Assembly: GCF_964188315.1 (NCBI RefSeq)
Contig: NC_135667.1
Coordinates: forward strand, 25,296,001-25,360,000
DNA: 64,000 nucleotides
DNA from: Podarcis muralis
Lineage: Eukaryota
Reading direction: 5' to 3'
The notes under the pieces were generated by a model, which saw nothing but the letters and a program-made list of their open reading frames with translations, ran no database searches and was not told the DNA's origin. The position numbers and the translations under genes were made by a program. Positions within the stretch are counted from its first letter, which is position 1; every line of letters starts with the position of its first letter. Shown here in pieces: positions 1 through 11,946 of the stretch.

Positions 1-344
1 AAAAGGAGGCACTCAATGCCACCAAGAGCATGGAAAAAATATATTTGGGTAAGGCAGTTCTTGAAGGATACAACATTCTTTTTTCTAATGAGATCAACCA
101 ATATTGTTGGGGCTGTGACGGAGGTAAAACAGATCTCCAGCAAGGAAAAATTTCCCAGGAAGAAGTACATGGGGGTGTTAAGAGAATTTTCATACCTGGT
201 GATGAATACTATAACCATGTTTCCTATCACTGTTAGTGTGTACATAATTAGTACTAGCGTAAATATTGGAAATCTGCTTTTTTCCAGGTTGGGAAATCCT
301 GTGATAAGAAATTCACTCACTGTTGTATGGTTTGAGAGATCCAT
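1..344 (-). CDS. Olfactory receptor, class II (OR6/10/11-like), 5' part only; runs off the left edge
   Basis: Reverse-complement translation from ATG at 344: MDLSNHTTVSEFLITGFPNLEKSRFPIFTLVLIMYTLTVIGNMVIVFITRYENSLNTPMYFFLGNFSLLEICFTSVTAPTILVDLIRKKNVVSFKNCLTQIYFFHALGGIECLL. It has the N-glycosylation site NHT, GN in TM1 and PMYFFL. Absent from the ORF track because it has no stop in the window. Confidence 0.93.
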   Translation of the reverse strand, partial: MDLSNHTTVSEFLITGFPNLEKSRFPIFTLVLIMYTLTVIGNMVIVFITRYENSLNTPMYFFLGNFSLLEICFTSVTAPTILVDLIRKKNVVSFKNCLTQIYFFHALGGIECLL

Positions 345-2258
345 ATTATGATTGGTTGTTCTTTTGTGGAAACAAAAAAAGAACAGTTGTTTGCCCTAAA
401 GTGAAAGCATTCTGTGTACTTCTTATGATATATCAGCTGAAGAGGTTTAACCTAGAAAAGGCTTCCGATGAATTTTTTCTAGGACAGAACGTCAGTCAAA
501 GTGAAGAAATCTATGACAAAGAAAAGAAAAAGAATCTATGAAAAATCTATGAAATCTATGAAAAAGAAAAGAATTCTATGATCACTAACCTTCACAGCAG
601 TCAAAGGAAATAACATTGCCAGTGTGCTTAAGAAATGTTGTAGTCTTGAGTGGTGGAAGGGGGAAAGGAGTTTCTTTGCATTTATATCTATTGATAATAT
701 AAGGTCATTATTTGGAGAGTAGACTTGGGGACTTGGAAATGCCACTAAACTTACAGCGTGCATTACTATGTTCATGTAGAGTAATGCATGCTATCACTGT
801 ACCTCTGCTATTGATTCCAGTGGAACTTGTTAATTGCACACAATTGCTGCCTAGTGCTGTTACTCTATGAATGCTTGGTTAAGAGGAAATCATGCTAAAT
901 TGAGCACCACACTCCAGATGAGCCATCCAGACCATGAGGATTTGTCATATGTGGGATATGAACCTATGCTTCCAATCAGAGACCAGAAAAGATAAAAGAT
1001 AAAACAGTAAAATCAAGGGGGGGAAACACAGCCACACTTTAAAACATACAAATGTTAAAATACTAAAACAGATTAAAATTACCTCAGCTTTCTAAATATC
1101 TGGGCAGGCTCGTCTAAAGAATAATGGTTTTTTGCAGGTGCTAAAAAATGTGTGTGTTTGCATTTAAAGTGTGAGCCAATATTTAGACAGCTCACCTATA
1201 AATTTAAGCCAACCTGACCTGATTTCTGCCTGAAGAATAATCCAGTGGTTTCACACATACCCCACACTTCTCAGCTGAATGTTTCTCCCAGTATTAAGAA
1301 TAACAAATATAATCCTTCTGGAGTTCTACATTCCTCTCAACTCTCAACATTCCTCCTCATAACAGTTTATGTGCTATTACATATATAATCTCCAATTTTT
1401 CTTTGAAAAATTTAAGAAAGAACAAAAAAGCATTTCTTTCTCACATATCCTGGCAATGTGACATTTTTGTCAGTAGAATTAAAATCAATAAATTATATAC
1501 ACATTGAACTACTTCATTAAAGAAAAACCCTGAAAAGAAAAGAAAAGTACATATTTTAAAACGTTTTGTCCATTTTCATTCTGCAATGTGGCTATACTCA
1601 CAAATGATGCAGATCATGCATTTGAAAATAGTTGGTCCCATCATGACTGCCATGAGGACTGGCCAGGTGTTGGGACAACATGATGTGAAAAGAAGACCTA
1701 AAGATAAATTATATTATCTTTTCATGGGGAGATTTGCATGTGTACTTTATACATTGAACCTATTTCATCAGCATACCTGTATTCAAACTCATGGGGACCT
1801 GATCTCCAAGGGATCAAACCCTAGAGCTTAAAGTTAGACAGCCTTATCAGTGAGACTCTGCAAACTGTGCTGATGAAAGTGGTGGAAAATATTTCACCAT
1901 CTTTAATTGATCTGAGAAACCCCCCAGCAGCTAAATGAAAATGTTGGAGTGTGATTAATGAGAAGAGGACAGACCACTATTTAATAGGAGTTGATTCAAG
2001 CTACGTGTTAGGATGTGTTCCTTAATGTTAGGAAGTGCTATTGCCTATTAACAATGCACTGCAGAACATCATGAACTGCCACAATCATGTGTATGATATA
2101 AAATACAAGAAAAGTGAAACTCATTTGTATGCATATACACTCATTTTTAATCCCCCCCCTTCTAAATGTCGTAGTAAAGGTTATGCAAATAAGGTGCATG
2201 TACATACAAAGGTGGACAAACTTCAGAATATTTCTCTCTTCCCCAGAGTTTAGCCTAC

Positions 2259-2277
2259 TAATGAACTAATCCCAGAG
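2259..2277 (+). promoter_or_regulatory. Candidate homeodomain (Lhx2-type) + O/E (Ebf)-like composite site; duplicate at 4144-4162
   Basis: TAATGA-ACTAA-TCCCAGAG, with a second O/E-like TCCCCAGAG at 2240-2248. These motif classes are established in mammalian OR promoters and enhancers. Function here is inferred. Confidence 0.45.
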
Positions 2278-2820
2278 TAGAGCCTCTGTGGAACGCAAAT
2301 TCCACAGAGAATTGAGATACATAATGAAACCTGTTATATTTACCATAGCCCTTTTTGCCTCATAGAATGAGATTCAGTAATTCTTTGCAACAATCCTCTG
2401 AAAAATCATCTTCAATTATCCATATTCATTAAGGAAGAACTATCCTTAGACTACAGATATATCTGACTGCCTTCCAGAAATGATCAACACTTTGTTGCCT
2501 CTTTAACAATACTTTAAATGCTTTGACTCAATTCCTTTAAATGCTTTGACTCAATTCATTGAAGTCCTTGTGTCAAAGATGGATGGTCAACTATGTAGTT
2601 GATGTAACACATGAAAAAGTGCCATAGTACCGATTTCATGCAGATCTATTTCTGTGATTTCTCACCACCAGCTCTTTTTATCTACTTACATAGGTGTAAA
2701 CCCAACTGAACTTAATGTGACTTACTTCTGAGCATGCATGTATAGGATCACACCATAAGACAGAAAATATTGCACATGTGGAGTCTGTCTACAGGGAGGT
2801 GGACAAATTGCAGTGCCTAC

Positions 2821-2839
2821 TAATTAACTAGTCCCAGAG
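2821..2839 (+). promoter_or_regulatory. Candidate homeodomain + O/E-like composite site; duplicate at 4706-4724
   Basis: TAATTA-ACTAG-TCCCAGAG, same 5-nt spacing as the 2259 site, within a diverged paralogous block (2798-3043 vs 2211-2490). Confidence 0.45.
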
Positions 2840-3119
2840 TAGGTCCTCTGTGTAATAAAACTTCCAGAGAGAATTGAGGTGCATGATGAAAAATGTTATA
2901 TTTACTATGTCCTTTTTTCATTTAGTGGAGATAGTTCTTCATGACTTTCTCTTAAACATCATCTCCAATTATCTATATTCATAAAGGAAGAACTGCTCTG
3001 AGTCTCCTGAGCTATCTGACTGCCTTCCAGATATGATCAGCACAGTCTCATCTCCTTAGCAGCACCTTCCACTTCAGCTCTTAAAGAAAGGAAACAGTGA
3101 GGTTTCAGCCTTCTTCAAA

Positions 3120-3135
3120 TTTAAAAAAGGTAAGT
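3120..3135 (+). other. Candidate splice donor of a non-coding 5' exon of the OR at 5715; duplicate at 5005-5020
   Basis: Consensus AAG|GTAAGT (GT at 3130-3131 and 5015-5016). A matching acceptor tttttgtttcctgcttcatAG ends at 5696, 18 nt before the ATG. Confidence 0.45.
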
Positions 3136-3566
3136 TTCAAATTAATAAAGTAGCTCCTAAAATGCTGCTACTGTAGTTGTGTCCCTGAATCATTGGCCAT
3201 CACTTCTAAGTGGAATTTGTAACTTCCAAAGGGAACTTCAACAGTAGAGCTAAATTGAAAAAATCGCAAATGGTCATTTAATGAGCATGGGTCATTAATC
3301 CATGAGAATATCCTATCACCTATTGAAATAAACAGAAAACCCTGAACATAATAAGCATTGAACCAAATGGAAAGTATACATTAGGATACTGTAATAAACA
3401 AATCAGTGAGACATAAAACCTTGTGCTCAAATCCTGTCTCAATCTTGAACATACTGCAAAGTTTTTGGGAAGCAGTTACCATTCAGGTTCACCTCCCATC
3501 TGAAATTTCAGAGTACTTACAACATCGTGAATTCCACCTTGAAGAAGCAGGCAACAAATGTGAAAA

Positions 3567-5443
3567 GATGTGAAAAGAAGACCTAAAGATAAATTATATT
3601 ATCTTTTCATGGGGAGATTTGCATGTGTACTTTATACATTGAACCTATTTCATCAGCATACCTGTATTCAAACTCATGGGGACCTGATCTCCAAGGGATC
3701 AAACCCTAGAGCTTAAAGTTAGACAGCCTTATCAGTGAGACTCTGCAAACTGTGCTGATGAAAGTGGTGGAAAATATTTCACCATCTTTAATTGATCTGA
3801 GAAACCCCCCAGCAGCTAAATGAAAATGTTGGAGTGTGATTAATGAGAAGAGGACAGACCACTATTTAATAGGAGTTGATTCAAGCTACGTGTTAGGATG
3901 TGTTCCTTAATGTTAGGAAGTGCTATTGCCTATTAACAATGCACTGCAGAACATCATGAACTGCCACAATCATGTGTATGATATAAAATACAAGAAAAGT
4001 GAAACTCATTTGTATGCATATACACTCATTTTTAATCCCCCCCCTTCTAAATGTCGTAGTAAAGGTTATGCAAATAAGGTGCATGTACATACAAAGGTGG
4101 ACAAACTTCAGAATATTTCTCTCTTCCCCAGAGTTTAGCCTACTAATGAACTAATCCCAGAGTAGAGCCTCTGTGGAACGCAAATTCCACAGAGAATTGA
4201 GATACATAATGAAACCTGTTATATTTACCATAGCCCTTTTTGCCTCATAGAATGAGATTCAGTAATTCTTTGCAACAATCCTCTGAAAAATCATCTTCAA
4301 TTATCCATATTCATTAAGGAAGAACTATCCTTAGACTACAGATATATCTGACTGCCTTCCAGAAATGATCAACACTTTGTTGCCTCTTTAACAATACTTT
4401 AAATGCTTTGACTCAATTCCTTTAAATGCTTTGACTCAATTCATTGAAGTCCTTGTGTCAAAGATGGATGGTCAACTATGTAGTTGATGTAACACATGAA
4501 AAAGTGCCATAGTACCGATTTCATGCAGATCTATTTCTGTGATTTCTCACCACCAGCTCTTTTTATCTACTTACATAGGTGTAAACCCAACTGAACTTAA
4601 TGTGACTTACTTCTGAGCATGCATGTATAGGATCACACCATAAGACAGAAAATATTGCACATGTGGAGTCTGTCTACAGGGAGGTGGACAAATTGCAGTG
4701 CCTACTAATTAACTAGTCCCAGAGTAGGTCCTCTGTGTAATAAAACTTCCAGAGAGAATTGAGGTGCATGATGAAAAATGTTATATTTACTATGTCCTTT
4801 TTTCATTTAGTGGAGATAGTTCTTCATGACTTTCTCTTAAACATCATCTCCAATTATCTATATTCATAAAGGAAGAACTGCTCTGAGTCTCCTGAGCTAT
4901 CTGACTGCCTTCCAGATATGATCAGCACAGTCTCATCTCCTTAGCAGCACCTTCCACTTCAGCTCTTAAAGAAAGGAAACAGTGAGGTTTCAGCCTTCTT
5001 CAAATTTAAAAAAGGTAAGTTTCAAATTAATAAAGTAGCTCCTAAAATGCTGCTACTGTAGTTGTGTCCCTGAATCATTGGCCATCACTTCTAAGTGGAA
5101 TTTGTAACTTCCAAAGGGAACTTCAACAGTAGAGCTAAATTGAAAAAATCGCAAATGGTCATTTAATGAGCATGGGTCATTAATCCATGAGAATATCCTA
5201 TCACCTATTGAAATAAACAGAAAACCCTGAACATAATAAGCATTGAACCAAATGGAAAGTATACATTAGGATACTGTAATAAACAAATCAGTGAGACATA
5301 AAACCTTGTGCTCAAATCCTGTCTCAATCTTGAACATACTGCAAAGTTTTTGGGAAGCAGTTACCATTCAGGTTCACCTCCCATCTGAAATTTCAGAGTA
5401 CTTACAACATCGTGAATTCCACCTTGAAGAAGCAGGCAACAAA
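3567..5443. repeat. Tandem segmental duplication, copy 2 (1,877 bp)
   Basis: No mismatch to copy 1 noticed by eye, including the C8 tract. The copies are separated by 8 extra bases (TGTGAAAA, 3559-3566). Confidence 0.97.
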
Positions 5444-5714
5444 ACTTTGTAAACAGTAAAGCATCAGCAATTATATTATATATATATTTCCACATTTTTA
5501 ACTATACCCAGTGACTGTTAGCATCACTTTCTCTGTCTCCCTTTTTCTCTTCTCTTCAGATAACATCATAGAAATGTGCTTAGATGCACATCAGGTGTGT
5601 TTAGCATCAAAAATTCTCTAACTTTTTTCACAATGATCATTATTCTATGTCAGAAGATTATTTGATATATGTATCTTTTTGTTTCCTGCTTCATAGATCC
5701 ACAAGTACATCAGC

Positions 5715-6692
5715 ATGTTGATTGGCAATCAAACTGCAGTAACCCATTTTATCATCTTGGGCTTCCCAAGTCTGAAGAATCTTCAGCTTCTCCTCTTCTT
5801 TGTGGGGTTGGTTGTCTACATCTTGACCTTGTGTGGACACCTCATCATTATCACCATAGTACGTATTGACCAACATCTCCAAACACCCATGTACTTTTTC
5901 CTCAGCAATTTCTCCTTCCTGGAGATATGGTACACCTCCAACATTGTTCCAAAGATGCTAGAAGTATTCCTAGATAAGAACAAATCCATTACATATGCAG
6001 GCTGCATTACTCAACTCTACTTTCTTATTACACTTGGTACTGCAGAATGTTTCATTCTGGCTATCATGGCATTTGATCGCTATTTAGCCATATGCAATCC
6101 TCTTCGATATCCTACACTCATGAATGACAAAGTTTGCCTTAAGCTAGCTGTAAGCTCTTGGATTGGTGCCTTCATAGTTAACATCCCTCCATTAGTTGCG
6201 CTTTGCAGGCTGCCATTTTGTGGCCCAAATGAGATCAATCACTTCTTTTGTGATGCACCACCTTTACTGAAACTCTCTTGCACAAGCCCACATGAAGCAG
6301 AACTGTCCAATTTCATAGTGGCCACAAGCGTCATTGTTAGCTCCTTCCTCCTCATTCTGATATCGTACATCCTCATCCTCATCGCTGTTCTGAAAATCCC
6401 TTCATCGACAGGCCGCCAAAAAGCCTTCTCAACTTGCGGTTCCCATTTAGTTGTAGCGACCATTTTCTATGGCACTCTAATGTTCATGTATGTCCGCCCA
6501 ACATCAAATTTCTCTATTGATTCAGTGAATTTCAACAAAATTGTGTCCATGTTCTATACTGTGGTTACTCCCATGCTTAACCCAATTATATACTGCCTGA
6601 GAAACAAAGAGGTCAAAGATGCTCTCCGGAAAGCAATCAGTGGGAAGCGTGTGCTCCAAACAAGTAGGATTTTTAGTGGCATAGTTAAGTAG
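5715..6692 (+). CDS. Olfactory receptor, class II, OR6/OR11-like (325 aa)
   Basis: Intact ORF with NQT, LQTPMYFFLSNFSFLEIWYT, MAFDRYLAICNPLRY, FCGPNEINHFFCD, KAFSTCGSH, PMLNPIIY and LRNKEVK. Confidence 0.97.
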   Translation: MLIGNQTAVTHFIILGFPSLKNLQLLLFFVGLVVYILTLCGHLIIITIVRIDQHLQTPMYFFLSNFSFLEIWYTSNIVPKMLEVFLDKNKSITYAGCITQLYFLITLGTAECFILAIMAFDRYLAICNPLRYPTLMNDKVCLKLAVSSWIGAFIVNIPPLVALCRLPFCGPNEINHFFCDAPPLLKLSCTSPHEAELSNFIVATSVIVSSFLLILISYILILIAVLKIPSSTGRQKAFSTCGSHLVVATIFYGTLMFMYVRPTSNFSIDSVNFNKIVSMFYTVVTPMLNPIIYCLRNKEVKDALRKAISGKRVLQTSRIFSGIVK

Positions 6693-8319
6693 ATGATAAT
6701 AGTATACATACCTCAATTGAGTGAGCACAATTAATTACCTTGTATAACTGTATCCTTACAAATTCAGTAGTTATTTCCCTCTCATGTTTAAGAACATCTA
6801 TGATATTGCATCCAAATTTTATCCACGTCTTCTGAAAAACTTTTTTTTAAAGACTGAACTTTCTGTACACATCACATTCCATAGGAGTTGCATTGAAAAT
6901 GCACTAAATGTATTTTACAACATTGTGTGTTTTTGTGTTGTTGTTTTTACTGATCCTCCACCACTGCAACTCAGGCAGAAATTGCATCCAAATGGCACCC
7001 TTTTGTCATTTAAAGCAAACAAGTAGACAGGGCATCACCTCCAGTGATTCCTCCTTTTGGAAGTATTAGAAGCATTGGCATCCAAGCACTGGTGAAGGCT
7101 GGTGATAACTAAGCACTTTTGGAGTGACAGGTAAGTTCAGGGAAGGAAGAAGGCTGGCAACAAGCACATCAGTAGCAACATGTGCTCCTTTGTTTTGCTA
7201 CTGAGCAAAGACAGTTGGCTGGTTGTGGCCAAAAATGTCTGATTGCAGGCAGGGAGGCAGGGTTCCTCAGCAAGACAGTGTTTAGAGCAGTGCAGATAGC
7301 TAAACATTTCATCTATATGCAACTCTCACACATGGCAATGAGACGAGGAGTGAGTGTGAGAATACATGGAGGAACTGGGACGCTATAAGTAGAGTGAAGG
7401 TCAATGGAACAAATGTGGATATGAAGAAGTGGGTTGTGATGGACAAGGGCATGCAGTGTAAGGAAAGTCTTGATGGGCCAGGTTTCTTTAAAGATTACAA
7501 GGGCAGTTTGCAAAGGGATGTTATGCCCCTGCCTGGTGGTTTTGTGGGTAATATGCTGTATTCCTTGTTATAGACATAGAGAAAGTGGTAAGACTAGTAC
7601 TGCTGTATGTAGCCACATGCTGGGAACATTTGAATGGGTTTAAAATAATGTAAATATACAAAATAGTGCTTAATGCATATTATTGTGGACAAAGACCCAA
7701 ATCTCCAAGCCGTATGAGATTCTAGGGGTTCCAGGCACTCACCCAGGGTCCTTATTTCCTTTGGAATGGAGACAGTGGAGACCGTGGTGGTTTAATTACA
7801 CCTATATACAACCTGAGCCTATGATTGGGGGGGGGGGCTCACAGCATTAACACCCCATGCGGTTCTTGATTCTCCCATAGCCACAGCCTTGGATTCCAAC
7901 AGAAATCAGGTATAGCCTTGCCTCCCAGCTATCCAGCCTGCCAGTGTCTAGTTTCTAGCTTACAAAACTCCACTTTAGGGGCTCAAGACTACAGCCTGCC
8001 CCACCCGCGCCCCCCGTAAAAAAAATTCATAACAGTGTATAAAATGATGTCTGTTTTTAAGAATGCTCCCTGCCTCAGAGCACCAGCCTCCATAGTCTTT
8101 TAGGTAAAGGGTATGAGTTTGCATCCTTCTCATTACAGGTTTCAGAACTTTTTTCTCTTGCTGTTGTTGACTATATGTACACTTTGGATGAAGAAGAAAA
8201 TGTAGCATGGTTTTTGTGTTTGTGATACAAATGCATTTTGTTTTTTTTAAAATCTGTTTTTTTCTGAAGCAAGCATTGGAAATGCATATATGGTGTTTAG
8301 ATACAACCAGTTTGTATGG

Positions 8320-8422
8320 TCTGACCAAACTGTGGGAGGCAGTGGAAGACAGAAGTGCCTGGCGTGCTCTGGTCCATGGGGTCACGAAGAGTCGGACACA
8401 ACTAAACGACTAAACAACAACA
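8320..8422 (+). mobile_element. 5'-truncated BovB/RTE LINE 3' end with 11-bp TSD
   Basis: ctgaccaaactgtgggaggcagtggaagacag...ggtccatggggtcacgaagagtcggacac followed by a (CAA)n tail. Flanked by AGTTTGTATGG at 8309-8319 and 8423-8433. Confidence 0.88.
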
Positions 8423-9830
8423 AGTTTGTATGGACCAAAGACTGAAGACCATTAAACCCAATATGGTCCTACATTTATATGCTGTAGTAGTTTTCTCACA
8501 AGACTTTCTATGGGCAAGCAATATGGTATTAACTTATTGAAGTTTTTGGAACATTAACACTTTAGCATTTATCAAAGAGAAAAACATCAATTTTGTTCAA
8601 TGTCTAAATCCTCACCTGAGGGGCAGACATATTGCTTGCAGTCTGTAAAAACACTAATCTTTGGCTGTGACATTCTAAAAACCCATTCAAGTAAACTCAA
8701 TGCTTTTATTTGTGAAATCAGTGAAGGACTCTTAAGACAGTGAGGCGGCCCTCCTAATTTCTTAGCAGACATCACTGGGAGTGAAAGAACCTAATGTAGA
8801 TCCTACTCCTCATTATGTTGTTATTGATTTACTTGGCCTGATTTGAAGCTCTAGATTTATAACTGGAAAATACACAACTGGCTGAACTCATCTCTTTATT
8901 CCCCTTGGGAAATGTGACCCCCTGAAATGTTTCTTCAACATGTCTGTTTCCACACCATGTTCCTTTGATCCTTTATTGTCTTAATGACCCATTAGCCCAG
9001 GCTATCACCTCATGGGAAATTTAATTAGATTTTAACACATGCTGATTCCAGAGGACAGAAGTATCTAGTACAGAGCTTAATACGCGTGTATCTGGCACTT
9101 AGTTCTAATGCATGAAGCCTTAATTAAATTCTAGCACTAGCTTGATCCAGAGATTATATTGGTCTTGCACCCACAAACTCGTAACAATACACAGTGCCAG
9201 AGAAGAAGCATTATGAAATTAGATGAAAGATACCATGGTGGAGGATTAGCAAGCTGAGTAGAAAACAGACTGAAGAGGATGTGTTGCTGAAGAAAAAAGA
9301 GTCAGTTGATGGAAGCAACATTGTCAGAGAAAAGAGGCTTAGAGAAATAGGCATTGATGAGTCTGTGTTGAGGAAAGGCATAGAATGAAGGTAGCCAAGT
9401 TGTGGACTTTGGTATGTTGTTGAACTGCAACTCTCATCAGCTCAGACCATGTTGTCTAGGGGTTATAAGCATAGGAGTTCAAGAAAATCTGCAGAACACC
9501 ATGTTGGCATACATAATAAAGAACAACGGCTGCTTATTAGAAGAGCTGGCATGGGAATGAGGTGGGGAGTAAATCTGAATATGACATATTGATGAATATT
9601 GAACTAAGCTCTGAATTTTGCGGTTTACAACTGTAATGACATAAAACATCCTTTCACTATAATGTTTAATTATCTTACCCAAATACAATGAAATATATCA
9701 AGCTAGTGTCATGTTCATACTAATAAACTACAGCTGCAGTCCTATACTTACTTGTCTGAGAGTAAGCCGCCATTTAACTAATGGGACTTGCTTCTGAAAC
9801 AAACTGAATAGTATTGTAGTGTTAAAACAT

Positions 9831-10751
9831 TTACTTTTTCCCAAATATTCTCCCAAGAGCTCTCTTCACTTCCTTATTTTTCAAGCTATAGATAATTGGG
9901 TTCAACATGGGGGTCAAAATGCTATACTGAATAGAGAACAGCTCATCAATTGTCATGGAAGACATGCTGCTGGGTTTCATGTACTGGGACATTCCTGTCA
10001 TATACAATAAGCCAACCACAATGAAGTGGGAACTGCAGGTAGAGAAGGCTTTGCTCCTTCCCTCTGGGGAGCGGATATTCAGGATGGTAGAGATGATTTG
10101 GAAATAGGAGACAAAGGTTGGCAGGAAGGAACCAAGTCCAAAAATCACAACAGAAGATAGAAGAATCATATTATTGAGGAAGGTATCAGAACAGGAGATT
10201 TTCAAAAGAGGTGGCAGCTCACAGCTGAAGTGGCTGATTTTGTGAATGCCACAGAACTGCAAACTTAATGTGGGCACTGTGTTTATTATTGCAAAAAGGA
10301 AGCCCATTATCCATGCCCCCATCACCAGGTAAGCACATAATGTTTTGTTCATGATCGCTATATAGTGAAGTGGGTGACACACAGCAGTGTATCTATCATA
10401 AGCCATTGCTGAAAGAATAAAAACCTCTGTAACACTCAACAGGAGGCTGAAAAACATTTGTGTAAGACAACCAGTGAAGGAAATTGTCTTTTTCTTCATT
10501 AGCAAGTTCATTAACATCTTAGGGACAATGTCAGTTGAATAACAGATATCAACGAAGGACAAGTGAGACAGAAAATAATACATGGGTGTATAAAGGGAAG
10601 GTTCCTTCCTTATCACCAGAATGATGGTGACATTTCCTGACAGTGTTAATAGGTAAATGGTTGAAAACACCAAGAAGAAGAAGATATTCAGTTGGGGATT
10701 ACTGGAAAGTCCCAAGAAAATAAACTCTGAACTTTCAGTTTGGTTTTCCAT
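9831..10751 (-). CDS. Olfactory receptor, class II (family 5/8-like, tentative; 306 aa)
   Basis: Intact ORF with MENQT, PMYYFLSHLSFVDICY, MAYDRYTAVCHPLHY, KAFSTCSSH and PMLNPIIYSLKNKEVK. Acceptor ttgttttatAG lies just upstream. Confidence 0.97.
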   Translation of the reverse strand: MENQTESSEFIFLGLSSNPQLNIFFFLVFSTIYLLTLSGNVTIILVIRKEPSLYTPMYYFLSHLSFVDICYSTDIVPKMLMNLLMKKKTISFTGCLTQMFFSLLLSVTEVFILSAMAYDRYTAVCHPLHYIAIMNKTLCAYLVMGAWIMGFLFAIINTVPTLSLQFCGIHKISHFSCELPPLLKISCSDTFLNNMILLSSVVIFGLGSFLPTFVSYFQIISTILNIRSPEGRSKAFSTCSSHFIVVGLLYMTGMSQYMKPSSMSSMTIDELFSIQYSILTPMLNPIIYSLKNKEVKRALGRIFGKK

Positions 10752-11233
10752 TTTTGTTTAGGAACCTATAAAACAAGCAAAAAAAATTTGAAAGGAACAA
10801 TTCAGCCCATTGTTAGCCTCCTTGATCATGCAACTCTGTAAAAGTCTACTCAAAATTAATTTCAGTTCAGTTCACTGTGGCTGGTAAGTGCGTATGAAGT
10901 TGCAATCTTAATATATAAATTCTCTCATTGTACCCGATGTTCAGCAATCATACTTGAGATGTTTCACCCTGGGTGATTGATGCGAGGATCAATATTAGCA
11001 TGGACCGAAAGCATGATGAAATATTGAATTCATGTGTAAATTAAAGGGTCAGTGTGACTTAATAATATAAGATACAAACTGATGAAATATATCAGTATAT
11101 CTTTTAGAACACATACTCACACATTTTGCACTATTTCTTTTGAAACATGGTCAAAAGTTTAGTTATTATTCTTTTTTAAAAAACAAACATTTACTTAAAT
11201 TTGAAACAAATCTATAGCTATAATCATCTATAT

Positions 11234-11368
11234 CAGGCTTCCTCAACCTCGGCTCTCCAGATGTTTTGAGACTACAGTTCCCATCATCCCTGACCACTGG
11301 TCCTGCTAGCTAGGGATCATGGGAGTTGTAGGCCAAAACATCTGGAAGGCTGAGGTTGAGGATGTCTG
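11234..11368. mobile_element. hAT-type hairpin MITE with perfect 8-bp TSD
   Basis: Near-palindromic body (tcctcaacctc...gaggttgagga; ccagatgtttt...aaaacatctgg), flanked by ATCTATAT at 11226-11233 and 11369-11376. An 8-bp TSD is typical of hAT. Confidence 0.88.
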
Positions 11369-11753
11369 ATCTATATCTATCTCGATCATTGCTATGTTGA
11401 GATTTGAAGGATTTCAATGTAATTCTGCAGTTCAAGTGCAGAGCACAGAGAAAGGGTTTGATGCACATACAGAGTTCTATGTCCTCAAAAAGCTCCTTCC
11501 CCATTACAAGCTTCAGGAAAATTTCTGCATGTTGTTCCATGACCCAGAGAAAAGAAAGGGATGGGCACAAAGTTCTTTCACACATACTTTTGGGTCATGG
11601 AGGGGGAACACACTCCTGCCTCTGCCACTAGTCAGATGAGTGAGGACCATTAGGATTCCTCTCGTCCAAGACAGATATCAAGGAATGGAAAACAAAGCAC
11701 ATAATGATTTCTGTCACCTGGCAGAATGCTGTTGCGGGGGACTGGGGGCGGAA

Positions 11754-11946
11754 GGCCTGTGTAGTTTAATGGTAGATCATTTGCTTTGCATGCAGAAGGT
11801 CCCAAACTCGCCCCCTGGTATTTCAAGATACAACTGGGATAGACCCCTGCCAAAAATTCTGGAGAGCTATTGGCAGTCAGTGTAGAAATACCAAAACAGA
11901 TGGACCACCTGTTTGACTCAATATAAGGCTGCTTTTTGTGTTCCTT
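11754..11946 (+). mobile_element. tRNA-derived SINE (Squam2-like), diverged
   Basis: tRNA-like head gtagtttaatggtag...tgcatgcagaaggtccc; body ctggagagc...cagtcagtgtaga...gatggacc...actcaatataaggc. Confidence 0.6.

Larger units (their letters stand above)
1682..3558. repeat. Tandem segmental duplication, copy 1 (1,877 bp)
   Basis: Sequence from gatgtgaaaagaagacc (1682) to gaagaagcaggcaacaaa (3558) recurs at offset +1885. The identical 72-aa ORFs at 2035 and 3920 confirm the offset. Confidence 0.97.

Noticed and set aside
16-351. 111-aa plus-strand ORF and the many other ORFs overlapping OR genes on the opposite strand (e.g. 5816, 6239, 9819, 27346, 32358, 44516, 45011, 53385, 53649)
   Set aside because: Antisense shadows of OR coding sequence (MYFFL reads as RKKYM). 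No independent evidence of coding.
505-580. Repeated AATCTATGA units upstream of the first OR
   Set aside because: Low-complexity and resembles a decayed CR1 (ATTCTATG)n tail. Units are irregular with no unique spacers, so it is not an array of interest.
2035-2253. 72-aa ORF present twice (also 3920-4138)
   Set aside because: Starts at GTG, has no recognisable domain, and is duplicated only because of the tandem duplication.
11754-11820. tRNA-like sequences here and at 28401, 40035 and 46891
   Set aside because: SINE heads continuous with SINE bodies. No complete cloverleaf seen.
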